64,000 bases of DNA from an uncultured Polaromonas sp. (GCA_964413475.1 CAYPSU010000002.1:8562-72561), one strand, 5' to 3'. Shown: positions 1 to 11,918, counted from the first letter of the stretch. Program-made: numbers and translations. The notes: generated by a model not told the origin, from the letters alone.

Positions 1-1
1 T

Positions 2-1243
2 TACAACTTTCTGCAACTGCTCAAGCAGGCCTTCCGGGGCCACCGGGGGTGGCCTCGGACCTGGCGCGCCGCGCAGCCTCGGCCCAGCTACGAGGCGGTG
101 GTTATTGGCGGCGGCGGTCATGGCCTGGCCACCGCCTGGCATCTGGTGCGTGACGAAGGCTTGCGACGCGTCGCTTTGCTCGAGCGTGGATGGATTGGTG
201 GCGGCAATACCGGTCGCAACACCACCGTCATCCGGTCCAATTACCTGCGCGAGCCGGGCATACGCTTTCAGGATGAAAACCTGCGTCTGTGGGAAGACCT
301 GAGCCAGCGGCTCGATTTCAATTTGATGGTCAGCCAGCGCGGTCAGATTGAGATCATCCAGACCTGGGCCAAGCTGCGCGATGCGCGCCGGCGTCTGCAC
401 ACCATGCGACTGGTCGGTGCCGACTATGAGCTGCTCGATGCGGAGGCGGTCTACCGCTTGCTGCCTTTGCTCAGACGCGATGCCGATATGCGTCTGCCGG
501 TCCTCGCCGGCGCCTGGCAGGGCCGCGCTGGCACGGTACGGCACGACGCTGTTGCCTGGGCTTATGCCCGGGTGGCCAGTGCGGCCGGGGTGGATCTGAT
601 CGAGAACTGCGAGGTCACGGGTTTGGAGGTCGAGGGCGGTCGTGTGCAGGCAGTGCAAACCACGCGCGGCCGCATCCTCACGGACCGTGTGGGGCTGGCG
701 GTGGCCGGCTCCACCAGCCGGTTGGCGCGCATGGCTGGCCTCAGCTTGCCTCTGGAGACCTTGACGCTGCAAGCTTTTGTGTCCGAGCCGCTCAAGCCCA
801 TGCTCGATGTCATCGTGTCGTGTCCGGCCCTGGGCATTTACTTCAGCCAGTCGGACAAGGGCGAGTTGGTGATTGGCGGTGGACCCGATGCGGGCTTGTC
901 CTGGACGCAGCGGGGCCAGCACGGCGTGATCGAGGACTGCGTGGCCAGCCTGCTTGAGCTGTTTCCCGCCTTGGTGCGGGTCAAATTGCTGCGTACCTGG
1001 GGGGGCGCGATTGACCTGTCGGCCGATACCAGTCCCATTCTGTCGACCACGCCGGTTCAGGGCCTGTGTGTCAGCGCTGGCTGGGGCTCGGGTGGCTTCA
1101 AGTCGATTCCTTCGGGGGGGCGCAGCCTGGCCGGTCTGATGGCCAGAGGTCAGGCTGACCGGTTTGCGGCCCCTTTTTCGCTGGAGCGTTTCACCGCTGG
1201 TCGCTTGCTGTTCGAGACGGCCAGCGCCTCCAACCGGTTCTGA
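2..1243 (+). CDS. soxB: Sarcosine oxidase beta-subunit family flavoprotein (5' end outside window)
   Basis: Frame is open from base 2 ([22 protein letters not shown]...), matching the SoxB N-terminal pattern; [17 protein letters not shown] and [10 protein letters not shown] motifs; first gene of the B-D-A-G order. Confidence 0.88.
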   Translation, partial: YNFLQLLKQAFRGHRGWPRTWRAAQPRPSYEAVVIGGGGHGLATAWHLVRDEGLRRVALLERGWIGGGNTGRNTTVIRSNYLREPGIRFQDENLRLWEDLSQRLDFNLMVSQRGQIEIIQTWAKLRDARRRLHTMRLVGADYELLDAEAVYRLLPLLRRDADMRLPVLAGAWQGRAGTVRHDAVAWAYARVASAAGVDLIENCEVTGLEVEGGRVQAVQTTRGRILTDRVGLAVAGSTSRLARMAGLSLPLETLTLQAFVSEPLKPMLDVIVSCPALGIYFSQSDKGELVIGGGPDAGLSWTQRGQHGVIEDCVASLLELFPALVRVKLLRTWGGAIDLSADTSPILSTTPVQGLCVSAGWGSGGFKSIPSGGRSLAGLMARGQADRFAAPFSLERFTAGRLLFETASASNRF

Positions 1244-1252
1244 CGAGCTTGC

Positions 1253-1513
1253 ATGTTGATCATCCCTTGCCCCTTCTGCGGCCCGCGTAATGAGCAGGAA
1301 TTTGCCTGCGCCGGCGAAGCTTCCCAGCGGCCTGCGCAGCCGCAGGCGCTGGATGAGGCGGCCTGGGCCGAACATCTCTATCACCGAGACAACCCTGATG
1401 GGCCTGTGCGCGAGCTCTGGTGGCACATGCACGGCTGCCGGGCCTGGTTGTGGGTCCAGCGCGATCCGCATACCCAGCGCATCCTCAGTTGCTCCGCGCA
1501 GGTGCAGCCATGA
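1253..1513 (+). CDS. soxD: Sarcosine oxidase delta subunit
   Basis: MLIIPCPFCGPR...EF...WWHMHGC Zn-binding C-C-H-C pattern, 86 aa, between beta and alpha. Confidence 0.9.
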   Translation: MLIIPCPFCGPRNEQEFACAGEASQRPAQPQALDEAAWAEHLYHRDNPDGPVRELWWHMHGCRAWLWVQRDPHTQRILSCSAQVQP

Positions 1514-4485
1514 GCGGATGGCGCTTGCCGCAGGGGGGGCGGCTGATCAAGCGGGACCATGTCCTGAACTTTCAGTTTGAAGGCCGCCCTCTGCAGGGCT
1601 TTGAGGGCGACACGCTGGCCTCGGCCCTGCTGGCCCAGGGTACGGGTCTGCTGGCGCGTAGTTTCAAATACCACCGTCCGCGCGGACTCATGGCTGCGGG
1701 CTGGGAAGATCCCTGTGCCTTCGTCGAGCTGCGATCTCCCCGCGCCGAGTCCAGCGTCCTGGCCACAGTGGAGCCTCTGGTTGAAGGCCTGCAGGCCTGG
1801 GGGCAGCACGGGTGGCCCAGTTTGCGCTGGGATCTCATGGCCCTGGCCGATCGCTGTTCAGCCTTGCTGCCGGCAGGCTTCTATTACAAGACGTTCAAGT
1901 CACCCGCCTGGGCCTGGCCCTGGTTTGAGCGGGCGCTGCGGCATGCGGCTGGCTTGGGGCGCTTGCCTGCGGCTTTGGAACAGCCCGCCTCAGGGCCCTA
2001 TGACCGGCGTTTTGCTCACGCCGATGTGCTGGTGGTGGGAGCCGGGGTGGCAGGGCTTTGGGCAGCGCACGCGCTGGCTCAGGCCGGCGCCCGGGTGATT
2101 CTGGCTGATGATGCGCCCCAGCCCGGCGGCCGCTGGCTTGATCGCCCCGCGGCAAGCGTGATGGATGGCTGGATCGCGCAAACGGTGCGGGCGCTCGATG
2201 CGATGCCGAATGTGCAGCGCTGGCCCCTGACCCAAGTGGTCTCGCGCTACGACCACGGCTTGTGGCTGGCCCTCGATCGCAGCCGACCCGGGTGCGAACG
2301 TCTGTGGAAGATACGTGCCCCGCATGCGTTGCTGGCCACTGGGCAGATTGAGCGGCCGCTGCTGTTTGCCGACAATGACCGACCGGGCGTCATGCTCGCT
2401 GGCGCGGTCAGCAGTTATCTGCACCGATGGGGTGTGGCGGCCGGCCGTCGCATGGTCCTGGCCGCCAACAACGACCAGGCTTGGACGGCTGCCTTCGAGG
2501 CGCAGCAGGCCGGTATGGAGGTATTGGCGGTGGTTGATTTGCGGCCGCAGGTGTCCCCCGCCTTGCTGCAGCGTGCCCGAGCTTTGGGCTTGCGGGTGGA
2601 ATTGGGCGCTCGTGTGGCCGAAGTGCGGGGTCGGCAGGCGGTCCGTGCGGTGGCCCTGGATCTGGCCTCGGGGCAGCGCCAGTGGCTGCCGGCCGATCTG
2701 CTGGCCGTCTCGGGCGGCTGGACTTGCGCCCTGGCCCTGCATGCGCAGGCGGGTGGACGCAGCCGCTACGACGCGAGCCTGCACGGCATGGTCCCCGAGG
2801 GCGGTGGGTCTGAGGCGCTGAGTCTCGGTGCGGCTGGCGGCGCGCAGCTCACCGGCGATGTGCTGACCCATGCGGCGCAGGGTGCTGATCAGGTGGCGCG
2901 TGACCTGGGCCTGCGATTGCCAGAACTGCCCAGCCCGGTCGCGACGGACGAGAGCGCGGGCTGTAGCGCCATCGAGCTGCAGCGCATCGGCAGGGGGCGG
3001 GTGTTTGTCGACTGGGCCAGCGACGTGACGCTCGATGACTTGCGCCTGGCCCAGCGCGAGGGCTATGAGGCGCCTGAGCACCTCAAGCGCTACACCGCTC
3101 TGGGCATGGGGCCCGACCAAGGCCGTACCTCGGCCTTAAATGGTGCGGTGATGATGGCGCAGCTGCGAGGGCTCTCGCCGGGTGACCTGGGACCGACCCG
3201 ATTGCGGCCCCCCTACACCCCGGTACCCTTCGGCGCCATCGCTGGGCCGGACCCCGGCCCCTTGATTCGACCGGTTCGGCGCACGCCCATCACTGCTTGG
3301 CACGAACAGCAGGGTGCGGTGATGTATGAATCCGGTCAGAACTGGCGCCGGCCTGGCTACTACCCGCAAGCCGGCGAGAGCTTCGCGCAGGCCCTTGAGC
3401 GCGAATGCCGAGCCTGCCGCGAGGCGGTGGCGATTTACGACAGCTCGCCACTGGGCAAGTTTGAAATCAGCGGGCCGCAGGCCGTCGAGCTGCTGGAGTA
3501 CGTCTACGCCTGCCGGGTCAGTGATCTGGCGCCGGGGCGGGGCCGTTACGCGCTCATGCTGCGCGAGGATGGCCGCGTGTTCGATGACGGCACCGTGTTT
3601 CGCATCGGTGAACAGCGCTGGTGGATCACCACCACCAGCGGCCAGGCCCAGGCGGTGCACGCGGCTTTGGAGTCGGCGCTGCAGGTGCGCTTTGAGGGTC
3701 GGCTTGAGGCCTTCGTGACCCCGGTGACCGACCAGTGGGCCGCTCTGGTGGTTTGCGGGCCACGCGCCCGTGAACTTTTGCAGGCTTGCGACTGCAGCGT
3801 GGATTTGTCGCGCAGCGCCTTTCCTTTCATGACGCTTCGTGAGGCTGCTTTGGCCGGACTGCCGGTGCGGCTGTTTCGGGTCAGCTTCACCGGAGAGTTG
3901 AGCTATGAAATTCATTTGCCAGCCCGGCAGGCTTTGGCCCTGTGGATGCAACTGCTGGAAAAGGGCCAGCCCCTGGGCCTGAGTGCGATAGGCTCCGAGG
4001 CCAACCATGTGCTGCGGGTGGAAAAGGGCTTCATCTCCGTGGGCCACGAGGTCGATGGCTGCGTCAACCCGCTGGATTTGGGCCTGGCCTGGGCGGTGCG
4101 CATGGACAAGAGCGATTTTGTGGGCAAGCGTTCCCTGACCCGCGATCTGCAAAGACCGGCCGGCCGGCCTGCGCTGGTGGGCCTGCTGGTGGGCCCAGGC
4201 GAGGTGCCGCTGGAGGAGGGCGCGCAAATTCTCAAGGCTGAGCTGGATATGGACCCGCAGTCGGCACTTGCCCTGGATCAGGCCAGCGCAGGCTTTGTGA
4301 CGGCCAGCGTCTGGAGCCCGAGCCTGCAGCGAGCGGTGGCGCTGGCGCTGCTGGAGGACGGCGCTGCACGGCATGGGCAGACGGTTTGGGTTACCGCCAC
4401 CGCGCCATCGGGCCTGGCGCGACGGCCGGCCCAGGTGGTGCCGCCGGTGTTCGTCGACCCACAGGGAGGACGCATGCGTGGCTGA
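1510..4485 (+). CDS. soxA: Sarcosine oxidase alpha subunit
   Basis: ATGA overlap with soxD stop; GDTLASALLA, RSFKYHRPRG, GFYYKTF, EHLKRYT..GMGPDQG and a C-terminal GcvT-like domain (SFTGELSYE, LRVEKG). Confidence 0.9.
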   Translation: MSGWRLPQGGRLIKRDHVLNFQFEGRPLQGFEGDTLASALLAQGTGLLARSFKYHRPRGLMAAGWEDPCAFVELRSPRAESSVLATVEPLVEGLQAWGQHGWPSLRWDLMALADRCSALLPAGFYYKTFKSPAWAWPWFERALRHAAGLGRLPAALEQPASGPYDRRFAHADVLVVGAGVAGLWAAHALAQAGARVILADDAPQPGGRWLDRPAASVMDGWIAQTVRALDAMPNVQRWPLTQVVSRYDHGLWLALDRSRPGCERLWKIRAPHALLATGQIERPLLFADNDRPGVMLAGAVSSYLHRWGVAAGRRMVLAANNDQAWTAAFEAQQAGMEVLAVVDLRPQVSPALLQRARALGLRVELGARVAEVRGRQAVRAVALDLASGQRQWLPADLLAVSGGWTCALALHAQAGGRSRYDASLHGMVPEGGGSEALSLGAAGGAQLTGDVLTHAAQGADQVARDLGLRLPELPSPVATDESAGCSAIELQRIGRGRVFVDWASDVTLDDLRLAQREGYEAPEHLKRYTALGMGPDQGRTSALNGAVMMAQLRGLSPGDLGPTRLRPPYTPVPFGAIAGPDPGPLIRPVRRTPITAWHEQQGAVMYESGQNWRRPGYYPQAGESFAQALERECRACREAVAIYDSSPLGKFEISGPQAVELLEYVYACRVSDLAPGRGRYALMLREDGRVFDDGTVFRIGEQRWWITTTSGQAQAVHAALESALQVRFEGRLEAFVTPVTDQWAALVVCGPRARELLQACDCSVDLSRSAFPFMTLREAALAGLPVRLFRVSFTGELSYEIHLPARQALALWMQLLEKGQPLGLSAIGSEANHVLRVEKGFISVGHEVDGCVNPLDLGLAWAVRMDKSDFVGKRSLTRDLQRPAGRPALVGLLVGPGEVPLEEGAQILKAELDMDPQSALALDQASAGFVTASVWSPSLQRAVALALLEDGAARHGQTVWVTATAPSGLARRPAQVVPPVFVDPQGGRMRG

Positions 4486-4960
4486 TTCATGGTTTTGTCC
4501 GCCCCCTAAAGGACGATTGTTCTGTCTGCGTACACGGCCGCAGCCGTGGCTGGAGGGTCTGGCCCCGGGCCTGTTCGCGCTGCAGACCAGCCGCTGCCTG
4601 CGCCAGGACCAGGTGCTTTGGATGCGCCTGGGTCCCGATGAATGGTGGTGCTGGGGGCCAGCCGATGCGACCTGGCCCGACCGTGTGCCCGAGGCGGCGG
4701 GATCTCACCCCCATGCGCTGATCGAAATCAGCGATGCGCAGCAGGCCTTCGAAATGCCCGGACCGGCAAAACAGTGGCTCGCCCAGGGTTGCGAACTGGA
4801 TTTTGAGCGCCTGCCCCTCGACTTTGCCAGCCGCACCCGCTGTGCTGCCTTCACTGTGGTGATCTGCCCTCAAGGGCAGGGCGGATGGCTCTGGGTTGAG
4901 GCGAGCCTGGCGCAGAGTTTTGCTCAGTGGTTGCAGCGGGTGGGCCAGGCGGTCCCCTGA
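4478..4960 (+). CDS. soxG: Sarcosine oxidase gamma subunit-like protein
   Basis: GTG start overlapping soxA stop; LWMRLGPDEW, EISDA, LAQGCELD, ASLAQSFAQWL pattern; operon position. Confidence 0.75.
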   Translation: MADSWFCPPPKGRLFCLRTRPQPWLEGLAPGLFALQTSRCLRQDQVLWMRLGPDEWWCWGPADATWPDRVPEAAGSHPHALIEISDAQQAFEMPGPAKQWLAQGCELDFERLPLDFASRTRCAAFTVVICPQGQGGWLWVEASLAQSFAQWLQRVGQAVP

Positions 4961-4975
4961 AACGCCCGCACCGCC

Positions 4976-5680
4976 TCAAACCGACCGCGTGATGCCGCCA
5001 TCGACCCGGATATTCTGTCCGGTGATGTAGCCGGCCCCTTGCGACAACAGAAAGGCGATGGTGGCTGCGACTTCTTCGGCCCGTCCATAACGCCGCATCG
5101 GCACGCTGTCGCGGCGTGCGTCGGTGGCGGGCAGGCTGTCAATCCAGCCCGGCAGGACATTGTTGATACGAACATTCTGTGCGGCATAAGTGTCGGCGCA
5201 GATCTTGCAAAAGCTGGCCAGACCGGCACGGAAGACAGCCGAAGTAGGAAACATCTCCGAGGGCTCATAGGCCCAGGCGGTGCTGATGTTGACGATGGCG
5301 CCGCCCCCTTGGGCGGCCATGATGGGGGCGACCAGACGGATCGGCCGTACCGCGCTGAGGAAATAGACCTCCATCCCTTTTTGCCAGTCGGCATCGCTGA
5401 TTTCAAGGATCTGGGCACGGGGGCCATGTCCGGCTGAGTTGACCAGCGCGTCGATGCGTCCCCATCGCTGCATCGCCAGGTCGACGATGCGCTGGACATC
5501 CTCATTCGATTGATTGGAGCCGGTTACGCCCACGCCACCGAGCGATTGGGCCAGCGCCTGGCCCTTGCCGGATGATGACAGCACGGCAATCCGGTAGCCA
5601 TCTTCGGCCAGACGCTTGGCCGCAGCGGCGCCCATGCCGGAACCTCCCGCGGTGATGAGGGCAACTTTTTCAGTGGACAT
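4976..5680 (-). CDS. SDR family oxidoreductase
   Basis: TAGGSGMG, LVNSAG, NIS, NNVLPG, ITGQNIRVDGG; the catalytic YxxxK is replaced by SAVFR (atypical SDR subfamily). Confidence 0.88.
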   Translation of the reverse strand: MSTEKVALITAGGSGMGAAAAKRLAEDGYRIAVLSSSGKGQALAQSLGGVGVTGSNQSNEDVQRIVDLAMQRWGRIDALVNSAGHGPRAQILEISDADWQKGMEVYFLSAVRPIRLVAPIMAAQGGGAIVNISTAWAYEPSEMFPTSAVFRAGLASFCKICADTYAAQNVRINNVLPGWIDSLPATDARRDSVPMRRYGRAEEVAATIAFLLSQGAGYITGQNIRVDGGITRSV

Positions 5681-5800
5681 GAAATCTCCAATCAGATGGC
5701 ATAAGAAACGGATGGCCGGGCCATGAGGCCCGCAGGCTTGGGTTCTTCGATGGGTGAACGACTGGTTCGCGCCGCCGCCTGCCCCTCGTCTGGGCGCCGT

Positions 5801-7363
5801 CTAACGATGCAGGCTGCTCAGATGGCGCAGGGCCTGCGTTAGCGTATCAGATGCCGCCGACAGCACCGACGCCTGCGCTCCCCCCGACAGCAGCCACTGA
5901 TGCACGGCGGCCATGTCGGGGGCCAGGCTGCGGTCTACCGTCAGCGCGGGGCTCAAAGCGCGAACGCCCTGGTGCAAAGCCTCCAGGGCTGCGGTGCTGC
6001 GCAAGGGGCGGTGATGTTCCAGACCTTGGGCGGCGGCCAGCAGTTCGATGGCCAAGATGGCGCCGGTGTTGTCGGCCATGTCCCACAACCTGCGCGCGGC
6101 AAAGGTGGCCATGCTCACATGGTCCTCTTGGTTGGCCGATGTAGGCAGGCTGTCCACGCTGGCCGGATGGGCCAGTGACTTGTTTTCCGAAGCCAGCGCC
6201 GCCGCCGTCACATGGGCAATCATGAAGCCCGAATTGAGGCCGGGTTCGGGGGTCAGGAAAGGCGGTAGCCCCGAGATGGCGCTGTCGACCAGCATGGCTA
6301 CCCTTCGCTCGGCAATCGCACCGATCTCGGCCAAGGCCAGCGCGATGCCGTCGGCGGCCAAGGCCACCGGCTCGGCGTGAAAATTGCCTCCGGAAAGCAG
6401 CTCCGGCGGCCCGTCGCCAAAAAACACCAGCGGGTTGTCGGTGACGGCATTGGCTTCGCGCAGCAGCACGTTGGCGGCGTGGCGCAGTTGGTCCAGGCAG
6501 GCGCCCATCACCTGCGGCTGGCAGCGCAGGCAGTAGGGGTCTTGCACACGGTCATCGTTGGTCAGGTGCGAGTTTCGGATGGCGCTGCCTTTCAGCAGGG
6601 CCCGGTAGGCGGCGGCCGCATCAATCTGGCCGGGCTGGCCGCGCAGCTGGTGGATGCGGGGATCGAAGGGCGCATCGCTGCCCCGTGCGGCATCCAGGGT
6701 GAGTGCGCCGACCAGCACGCCCGTGTTCAGCAACTGGTCGGCGGTCAACAGTCCGTCTAGGGCCAGGGCGGCCGATGCCTGGGTGCCGTTAATCAGGGCC
6801 AGCCCCTCCTTGGGGCCCAGGACCAGAGGCTCAAGGCCGCAGGCCTGCAGGGCCGCCGCAGCTGGCATGCGCTGGCCGCGCAGCGTCACCATGCCTTCGC
6901 CCAGCAGCGGCAGGCACAGATGGGCCAGAGGCGCGAGGTCACCGCTGGCACCCACTGATCCTTTACAGGGTACCTCGGGTAGCAGGTCGTGGGCCAGAAA
7001 GTCCAGCAGGGTTCTGATGATGCGCGGGCTCACCCCAGAGGCACCACGTCCCAGGCTGGCAGCCTTGAGCAGTAGCATCAGTCGAACCACCGGGGCTCGC
7101 ATCGGCTGGCCCAAGCCCACCGCATGGGAGCGCAGCAGGTTGACCTGGAGTTGCGCATGGTCGCTGATGCGCGTGCTGGCCAGCTTTCCAAAGCCGGTGT
7201 TCAGGCCGTAGACCACCTGGCCGCTGGCCAGCACCTGTCTGACCGCCTCGGCGCTGGCCTGCACCTGGTTCCAGGCTTCGGGGGTCAGGTCCAGGCTCTG
7301 CGCCGCTCGTCGAATGTCTTTCAGCAGGGGCCAATCGAGTTGCCCTGGGGTGATCAAAACCAT
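5801..7363 (-). CDS. hutH: Histidine ammonia-lyase
   Basis: [15 protein letters not shown] (HAL-type SH), MIO-forming [31 protein letters not shown]; ATG at 7363 chosen over TTG at 7381. Confidence 0.95.
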   Translation of the reverse strand: MVLITPGQLDWPLLKDIRRAAQSLDLTPEAWNQVQASAEAVRQVLASGQVVYGLNTGFGKLASTRISDHAQLQVNLLRSHAVGLGQPMRAPVVRLMLLLKAASLGRGASGVSPRIIRTLLDFLAHDLLPEVPCKGSVGASGDLAPLAHLCLPLLGEGMVTLRGQRMPAAAALQACGLEPLVLGPKEGLALINGTQASAALALDGLLTADQLLNTGVLVGALTLDAARGSDAPFDPRIHQLRGQPGQIDAAAAYRALLKGSAIRNSHLTNDDRVQDPYCLRCQPQVMGACLDQLRHAANVLLREANAVTDNPLVFFGDGPPELLSGGNFHAEPVALAADGIALALAEIGAIAERRVAMLVDSAISGLPPFLTPEPGLNSGFMIAHVTAAALASENKSLAHPASVDSLPTSANQEDHVSMATFAARRLWDMADNTGAILAIELLAAAQGLEHHRPLRSTAALEALHQGVRALSPALTVDRSLAPDMAAVHQWLLSGGAQASVLSAASDTLTQALRHLSSLHR

Positions 7364-7377
7364 GGAGTTTTTTCTTC

Positions 7378-8430
7378 TCAAGATTGGGCTTCGGCCTGTA
7401 TGCGTTCGGCCAGGGTCTTGCGGAAACGGCTGGCGCCGGTATCGAGCAACAGGCCGATGTGGGGCGTGCGCTTGCTCTTCATGCCCGCGTGAACCGCCTC
7501 CAGGATCTGCCGGTCCTCTTCAAAGGCGGCCTTGGCCCCAGCTGCGATGCGTTCGGTCAGGGTCTGATCGTGGGGATCGGTGTTGCGGTGCTGAAGCCAG
7601 AAGTACAGCGTGGAGTTGGCGTCGATGGGCGTGAGGAAGTTGTACGAAACCATGCGGTAGATGCGCGGATCCTGACCCACATCCGGCCCGCCCAGGCCGG
7701 CCGGCGCGAAGATGCTGCGATTGATGGCCAGGGACGGCAAGCGCACCTCGTAGTGCTGCAGTCGGTCGACCGGGCCTGAAAACTTCAGCAGCGGGGCGTA
7801 AAACGCAGGTGCAGGCTGTCCGTACATCCAGCGGCTGCAGACCACGCCCTCATCGCTGGCGTCTATCTGCAGCGGGGTGTCTTCGGTGCCCGAAGCGGCA
7901 AAGGAATTGCGGTGCACCCAGGCCACATGCGAGGGGTCGAGCAGGTTGTCCACCAGCCACAGGTAGTGGCAGTTGCACAGCAGGCTGTCGCCGGTGGTCA
8001 GGTGCCAATCGGGATGGTCATGGTTTTCGATGTCGATCACCGCGTGGTGCGGGGCCTTCTGTGCATCGCCCATCCAGATCCAGAGCAGGCCATAGCGGTC
8101 CTGCACCGGATAGCTGCGCACTTTTGCGCCGGCGGGAATGCGGGCCTGGGTGGGTGCGGCAATGCACTGCCCGCAATCGTTGAAGGTCAGGCCGTGGTAG
8201 CCGCACTCGATGGCATCGCCGACCAAACGACCCATGGACAGCGGCAGCTTGCGGTGGGGGCAGGCGTCCTCCAGGGCCACCGCTTGGCCGTCCTCGCGCC
8301 GGTAGAGCACGATGGCTTCGTCAAGCAGGCGCACCGCGCGCGGCTCGCGGCCCACCTGTTTGGACAGACTGGCCACATACCAGGCGTTGCGCAGAAAGGT
8401 CGCGTTCTCGGTCATTTCAAGCATGGACAT
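7378..8430 (-). CDS. Rieske non-heme iron oxygenase alpha subunit (VanA/dicamba-demethylase-like)
   Basis: NAWYVA, Rieske CPH...CGYHG, mononuclear Fe motif [13 protein letters not shown] and C-terminal EDRQIL. Confidence 0.9.
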   Translation of the reverse strand: MSMLEMTENATFLRNAWYVASLSKQVGREPRAVRLLDEAIVLYRREDGQAVALEDACPHRKLPLSMGRLVGDAIECGYHGLTFNDCGQCIAAPTQARIPAGAKVRSYPVQDRYGLLWIWMGDAQKAPHHAVIDIENHDHPDWHLTTGDSLLCNCHYLWLVDNLLDPSHVAWVHRNSFAASGTEDTPLQIDASDEGVVCSRWMYGQPAPAFYAPLLKFSGPVDRLQHYEVRLPSLAINRSIFAPAGLGGPDVGQDPRIYRMVSYNFLTPIDANSTLYFWLQHRNTDPHDQTLTERIAAGAKAAFEEDRQILEAVHAGMKSKRTPHIGLLLDTGASRFRKTLAERIQAEAQS

Positions 8431-8482
8431 GGCTCAATTCCAGTCTTCGGTTCATCAGGCTCGCGCGGGTTCCGGCGAGGTT

Positions 8483-9865
8483 CTACGCGTCTGGCTCGCC
8501 ACGCCAGAGTCGCGCCAGTATCTCGCGCCAGCGCGGGGCCAGGCTGGCCCAGTCGGTCTGCACCAGCCGGCCCGCCACCCAGACCCGGCGCGGCCGGCCC
8601 GCAGGCGCTGAAAACACGCTGGCGTCTAGAAGATTTTCGAGGGGCAGGCCAAGCAGCGCTGGATGTTCGGTATCAATTTCCTGCAAGTCGGCCCGCTGGC
8701 CCAGGGCAATGCCTGCCAGTGGTAGACCGCTGGCAGCGCTGCCCCCGCCAAGCGCATGTTCAAAGAGGACCGCCGCGCTGCTGACTTGCCCAGCGTGTTT
8801 GGCGGCGATGTTGCGGGCCTGCAGTTGCAGTCGCTGCCCGTACTCCAGGCATCGCAATTCGTCGGCCCAGTGCCGGCCCACATGGCTGTCTGTGCCGATG
8901 GACCAGGCGATCCGACGCTCCAGGCCACCGGGCAGGGGCCAAAGGCCATCGCCCAGATTGGCTTCTGTGCTGGGACACAGGACCACCTGCGCACCGCTGC
9001 GCGCCAGGCCATCGAGTTCGCTATCGTTGATATGGGTGGCATGCACCAGATGCCAGGTTGGCCCGATGCCCGCCTGATCCACCAGCCACTGCACCGGCCG
9101 GCACCCCAAGTGCTGAAGGCACTGCGCCACTTCCAGCGGCTGCTCGGCCGCATGGATGTGGATCGGTCCGTCGGCGGCCGCCTGGGCGATTTCTTGCAGG
9201 GCCTGTGGGGGTACAGCGCGCAGCGAATGCAGGGCCACGCCCGCGTGAAGGAGCTTGCTGCGGTCATGCTCGGTGGCGTACTGTCGGATCTGCTGCCGGG
9301 TGTCCATGACAAACTCGGGCGTACTGGCAAAGCGCCGCTGCGATGGTTGCAGACCCGTGTGGCCGAAGCCTTGGCGCATGTAGAGGGTGGGCAGCAGGGT
9401 CAGACCGATGCCGGCTCGCTCTGCTGCGCGAACCAGGGCCCAGCTCAGGGTCTGCGGATCCTCATAGGGCTGACCTTCAAGGTCACGGTGCAGGTAGTGG
9501 AACTCGCAGACCTGGGTGAAACCGTGGGCCAGCAACTCGCTGTAGAGCCAGCTGGCCACCGTCTCGAGTTCATCCGGGCCTATGCTGTGGGCCACCCGGT
9601 ACATGCGGTCGCGCCAGGCCCAGAAGTCATCCTGGGGCGCAGCGGGGTCTATGCGTTCGCCCAAGCCAGCCATCGCACGCTGAAACGCATGGCTGTGCGC
9701 ATTGACCAGACCGGGCAGCACCGGACCGAGCCGCTGGGCATCGCCGGCCTGGCTGGCGGGCACGCCGGTTTGAATTTGCGTCCACAGTCCTTGCGCGTCG
9801 CAGCGCAGCAGCACCTGGCCCTGCCAGCGGCCGTCGATCCAGGCATGCGGGCTCCAGAACTTCAT
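8483..9865 (-). CDS. hutF: Formimidoylglutamate deiminase
   Basis: PGLVNAHSHAFQRAMAG, DDFWAWRDRMY, EFHYLH, LHSLRAV, HIHAAEQ, CPSTEANLGDG, IGTDSH; ATGA overlap with hutG stop. Confidence 0.93.
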   Translation of the reverse strand: MKFWSPHAWIDGRWQGQVLLRCDAQGLWTQIQTGVPASQAGDAQRLGPVLPGLVNAHSHAFQRAMAGLGERIDPAAPQDDFWAWRDRMYRVAHSIGPDELETVASWLYSELLAHGFTQVCEFHYLHRDLEGQPYEDPQTLSWALVRAAERAGIGLTLLPTLYMRQGFGHTGLQPSQRRFASTPEFVMDTRQQIRQYATEHDRSKLLHAGVALHSLRAVPPQALQEIAQAAADGPIHIHAAEQPLEVAQCLQHLGCRPVQWLVDQAGIGPTWHLVHATHINDSELDGLARSGAQVVLCPSTEANLGDGLWPLPGGLERRIAWSIGTDSHVGRHWADELRCLEYGQRLQLQARNIAAKHAGQVSSAAVLFEHALGGGSAASGLPLAGIALGQRADLQEIDTEHPALLGLPLENLLDASVFSAPAGRPRRVWVAGRLVQTDWASLAPRWREILARLWRGEPDA

Positions 9866-10668
9866 CGGGGCAGGCTTCCCAAGGCTTGAAGGGCCGCGCG
9901 CACCATCTGATGGAGGGTGGGCTGCAGCTGCCGGGCACGATCGGGCAGGTAGGCGTAGGGCGGCTCTTCCTGCATGTAGAGGCACTGGCACAGTTCGAGT
10001 TGCACCGCATGGATGCCGCGGTCGGGCTGGCCATAGTGCCGGGTGATGTAGCCGCCCTTGAAGCGGCCGTTGAGCACATGGGTGAAACGCGAGTCGACTG
10101 CGCAGGCCTGGACCACCGCTTGCGCGATGGCCGGATGAGCGGCTTTGCCATCGGCGGTACCGATGTTCAGATCGGGCAGTCGTCCCTCAAAAAGCCAGGG
10201 CAGTTGCGACCGGATGCTGTGCGCATCCCAAAGCAGCACGCGGCCGTGCAGTTCGAGCAGGCGTTGCAATTCGCCCTGCAGGGCCTGGTGGTAGGGCTCC
10301 CAATAGGTCTGCCTGCGTCTGATTTTTTCCTCCGGGCCGGGTTCCTGCCCAGTCCGGTAGAGGGGCTCTCCCGTGAAAAAGCGGGTGGGACACAGCTCGG
10401 TGTTGGAGGCGCCCGGGTACATCGGGGCATCATCGGGTGGCCGGTTGAGGTCGATCACATAGCGCGAGAGTCGCGGCCGCAGCACGCTGGCCCCCAGATC
10501 CAGGGCGAAGTCATAGAGCCTGTCCATATGCCAATCGGCGTCCTCGCAGTCGAGGGCGCGCGGCACCAGTCCTGGGGCCAGCTTGGACGGGATGTAGCTT
10601 CCCATATGGGGCATGCTCAGCAAAAGACCGACACGGCCCAGGTGAAGGTCGAAGCTCAAGTCGCTCAT
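9862..10668 (-). CDS. hutG: N-formylglutamate deformylase
   Basis: [56 protein letters not shown]. Confidence 0.93.
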   Translation of the reverse strand: MSDLSFDLHLGRVGLLLSMPHMGSYIPSKLAPGLVPRALDCEDADWHMDRLYDFALDLGASVLRPRLSRYVIDLNRPPDDAPMYPGASNTELCPTRFFTGEPLYRTGQEPGPEEKIRRRQTYWEPYHQALQGELQRLLELHGRVLLWDAHSIRSQLPWLFEGRLPDLNIGTADGKAAHPAIAQAVVQACAVDSRFTHVLNGRFKGGYITRHYGQPDRGIHAVQLELCQCLYMQEEPPYAYLPDRARQLQPTLHQMVRAALQALGSLPR

Positions 10669-11918
10669 GATTCTTCGGTGGCTTGCGTCTTGCCCGCGCC
10701 GCTCCGCCAGCGGCCGGCCTGGACCACGCGCAGGCCCGGCTGGTGACCGAAGCGGTAGCACAGCTCGACCGGATGCCCGATCTGCCAGAGCACCAGATCA
10801 GCACGCTGGCCGGCGCCCAGATGGCCACGATCGCTCAGGCCCAGGGCCTGTGCCGCGTGGCGTGTAATGCCCAGCAATGCCTCTTCAGGCGTGAGCCGAA
10901 ATTGGGTACAGCCCATGTTGAGCATCAGCAGCAGGGACGTGCAGGGTGAGCTGCCCGGATTGGAGTCGGTGGCCAGAGCCATGGGGATACCGAGTTCGCG
11001 CATCATCGCCACTGGCGGGACCCGGGTTTCGCGCAGGAAATAGAAGGCACCGGGCAGCAGCACGGCCACTGTACCGGCTTGGGCCATGCTGCGCGCGCCC
11101 GATGGACTGAGCCATTCGAGGTGATCGCAACTGAGGGCCTGGTAGCGGGCCGCCAGCGCCGCGCCGTTCATGTCGCTCAATTGCTCTGCATGCAGTTTGA
11201 CTGGCAGCCCCAGCGAGCGGGCGGCCTGGAAGACCCTTTCGGTCTGCTCCAGTGTGAAAGCAATGTTCTCGCAGAAGGCATCGACTGCATCAACCAGACC
11301 CTGCTGATGCAGATCGGTCAGCATGGTCAGCACCTCGCCGATATAGGCATCGGCCTGGCCCTTGCGCTCGGGGGGCAAGGCGTGGGCGCCAAGAAAGGTG
11401 GTGCGAACATCGACCGGCCGCTGCTGGGCCAGCTGTCGCGCCACCTGCAGACACTTGCGCTCGTCTTCGAGGCGCAGACCATAGCCGGACTTGATCTCTA
11501 CCGTCGTCACTCCTTCGCCCATCAGCAGGTCCAAACGGGCCAGGGTCTGCGCCAGCAGCTCAGGAGCGCTGGCTTCTCGCGTGGCCTTGACGGTCGAGAC
11601 GATGCCGCCGCCGGCGCGGGCAATATCTTCGTAGCTCGCGCCATGCAGCCGCAGCCTGAATTCGGCGCTGCGGTCGCCTCCGTACACCAGGTGCGTGTGA
11701 CAGTCGATCAGGCCGGGGGTGACCCAAGCCCCACGTCCCAGGTGATGCTGGCAGTCCTGCCGCAGCCCTTCAGGCAGCTGCGCACGCGCTCCGGCCCAGA
11801 CGATGGTGGCTGTCACCTCGTCCCAGACCAGGGCTGCATCGTGGATCAGTCCCATGGGATTGCCGGGCTGCGGATCCATGGTGGCCAAATGGCAGTCGGT
11901 CAGCAGATGGCGGCTCAT
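10665..11918 (-). CDS. hutI: Imidazolonepropionase
   Basis: [45 protein letters not shown]; ATG at 11918 overlaps hutD stop. Confidence 0.95.
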   Translation of the reverse strand: MSRHLLTDCHLATMDPQPGNPMGLIHDAALVWDEVTATIVWAGARAQLPEGLRQDCQHHLGRGAWVTPGLIDCHTHLVYGGDRSAEFRLRLHGASYEDIARAGGGIVSTVKATREASAPELLAQTLARLDLLMGEGVTTVEIKSGYGLRLEDERKCLQVARQLAQQRPVDVRTTFLGAHALPPERKGQADAYIGEVLTMLTDLHQQGLVDAVDAFCENIAFTLEQTERVFQAARSLGLPVKLHAEQLSDMNGAALAARYQALSCDHLEWLSPSGARSMAQAGTVAVLLPGAFYFLRETRVPPVAMMRELGIPMALATDSNPGSSPCTSLLLMLNMGCTQFRLTPEEALLGITRHAAQALGLSDRGHLGAGQRADLVLWQIGHPVELCYRFGHQPGLRVVQAGRWRSGAGKTQATEES

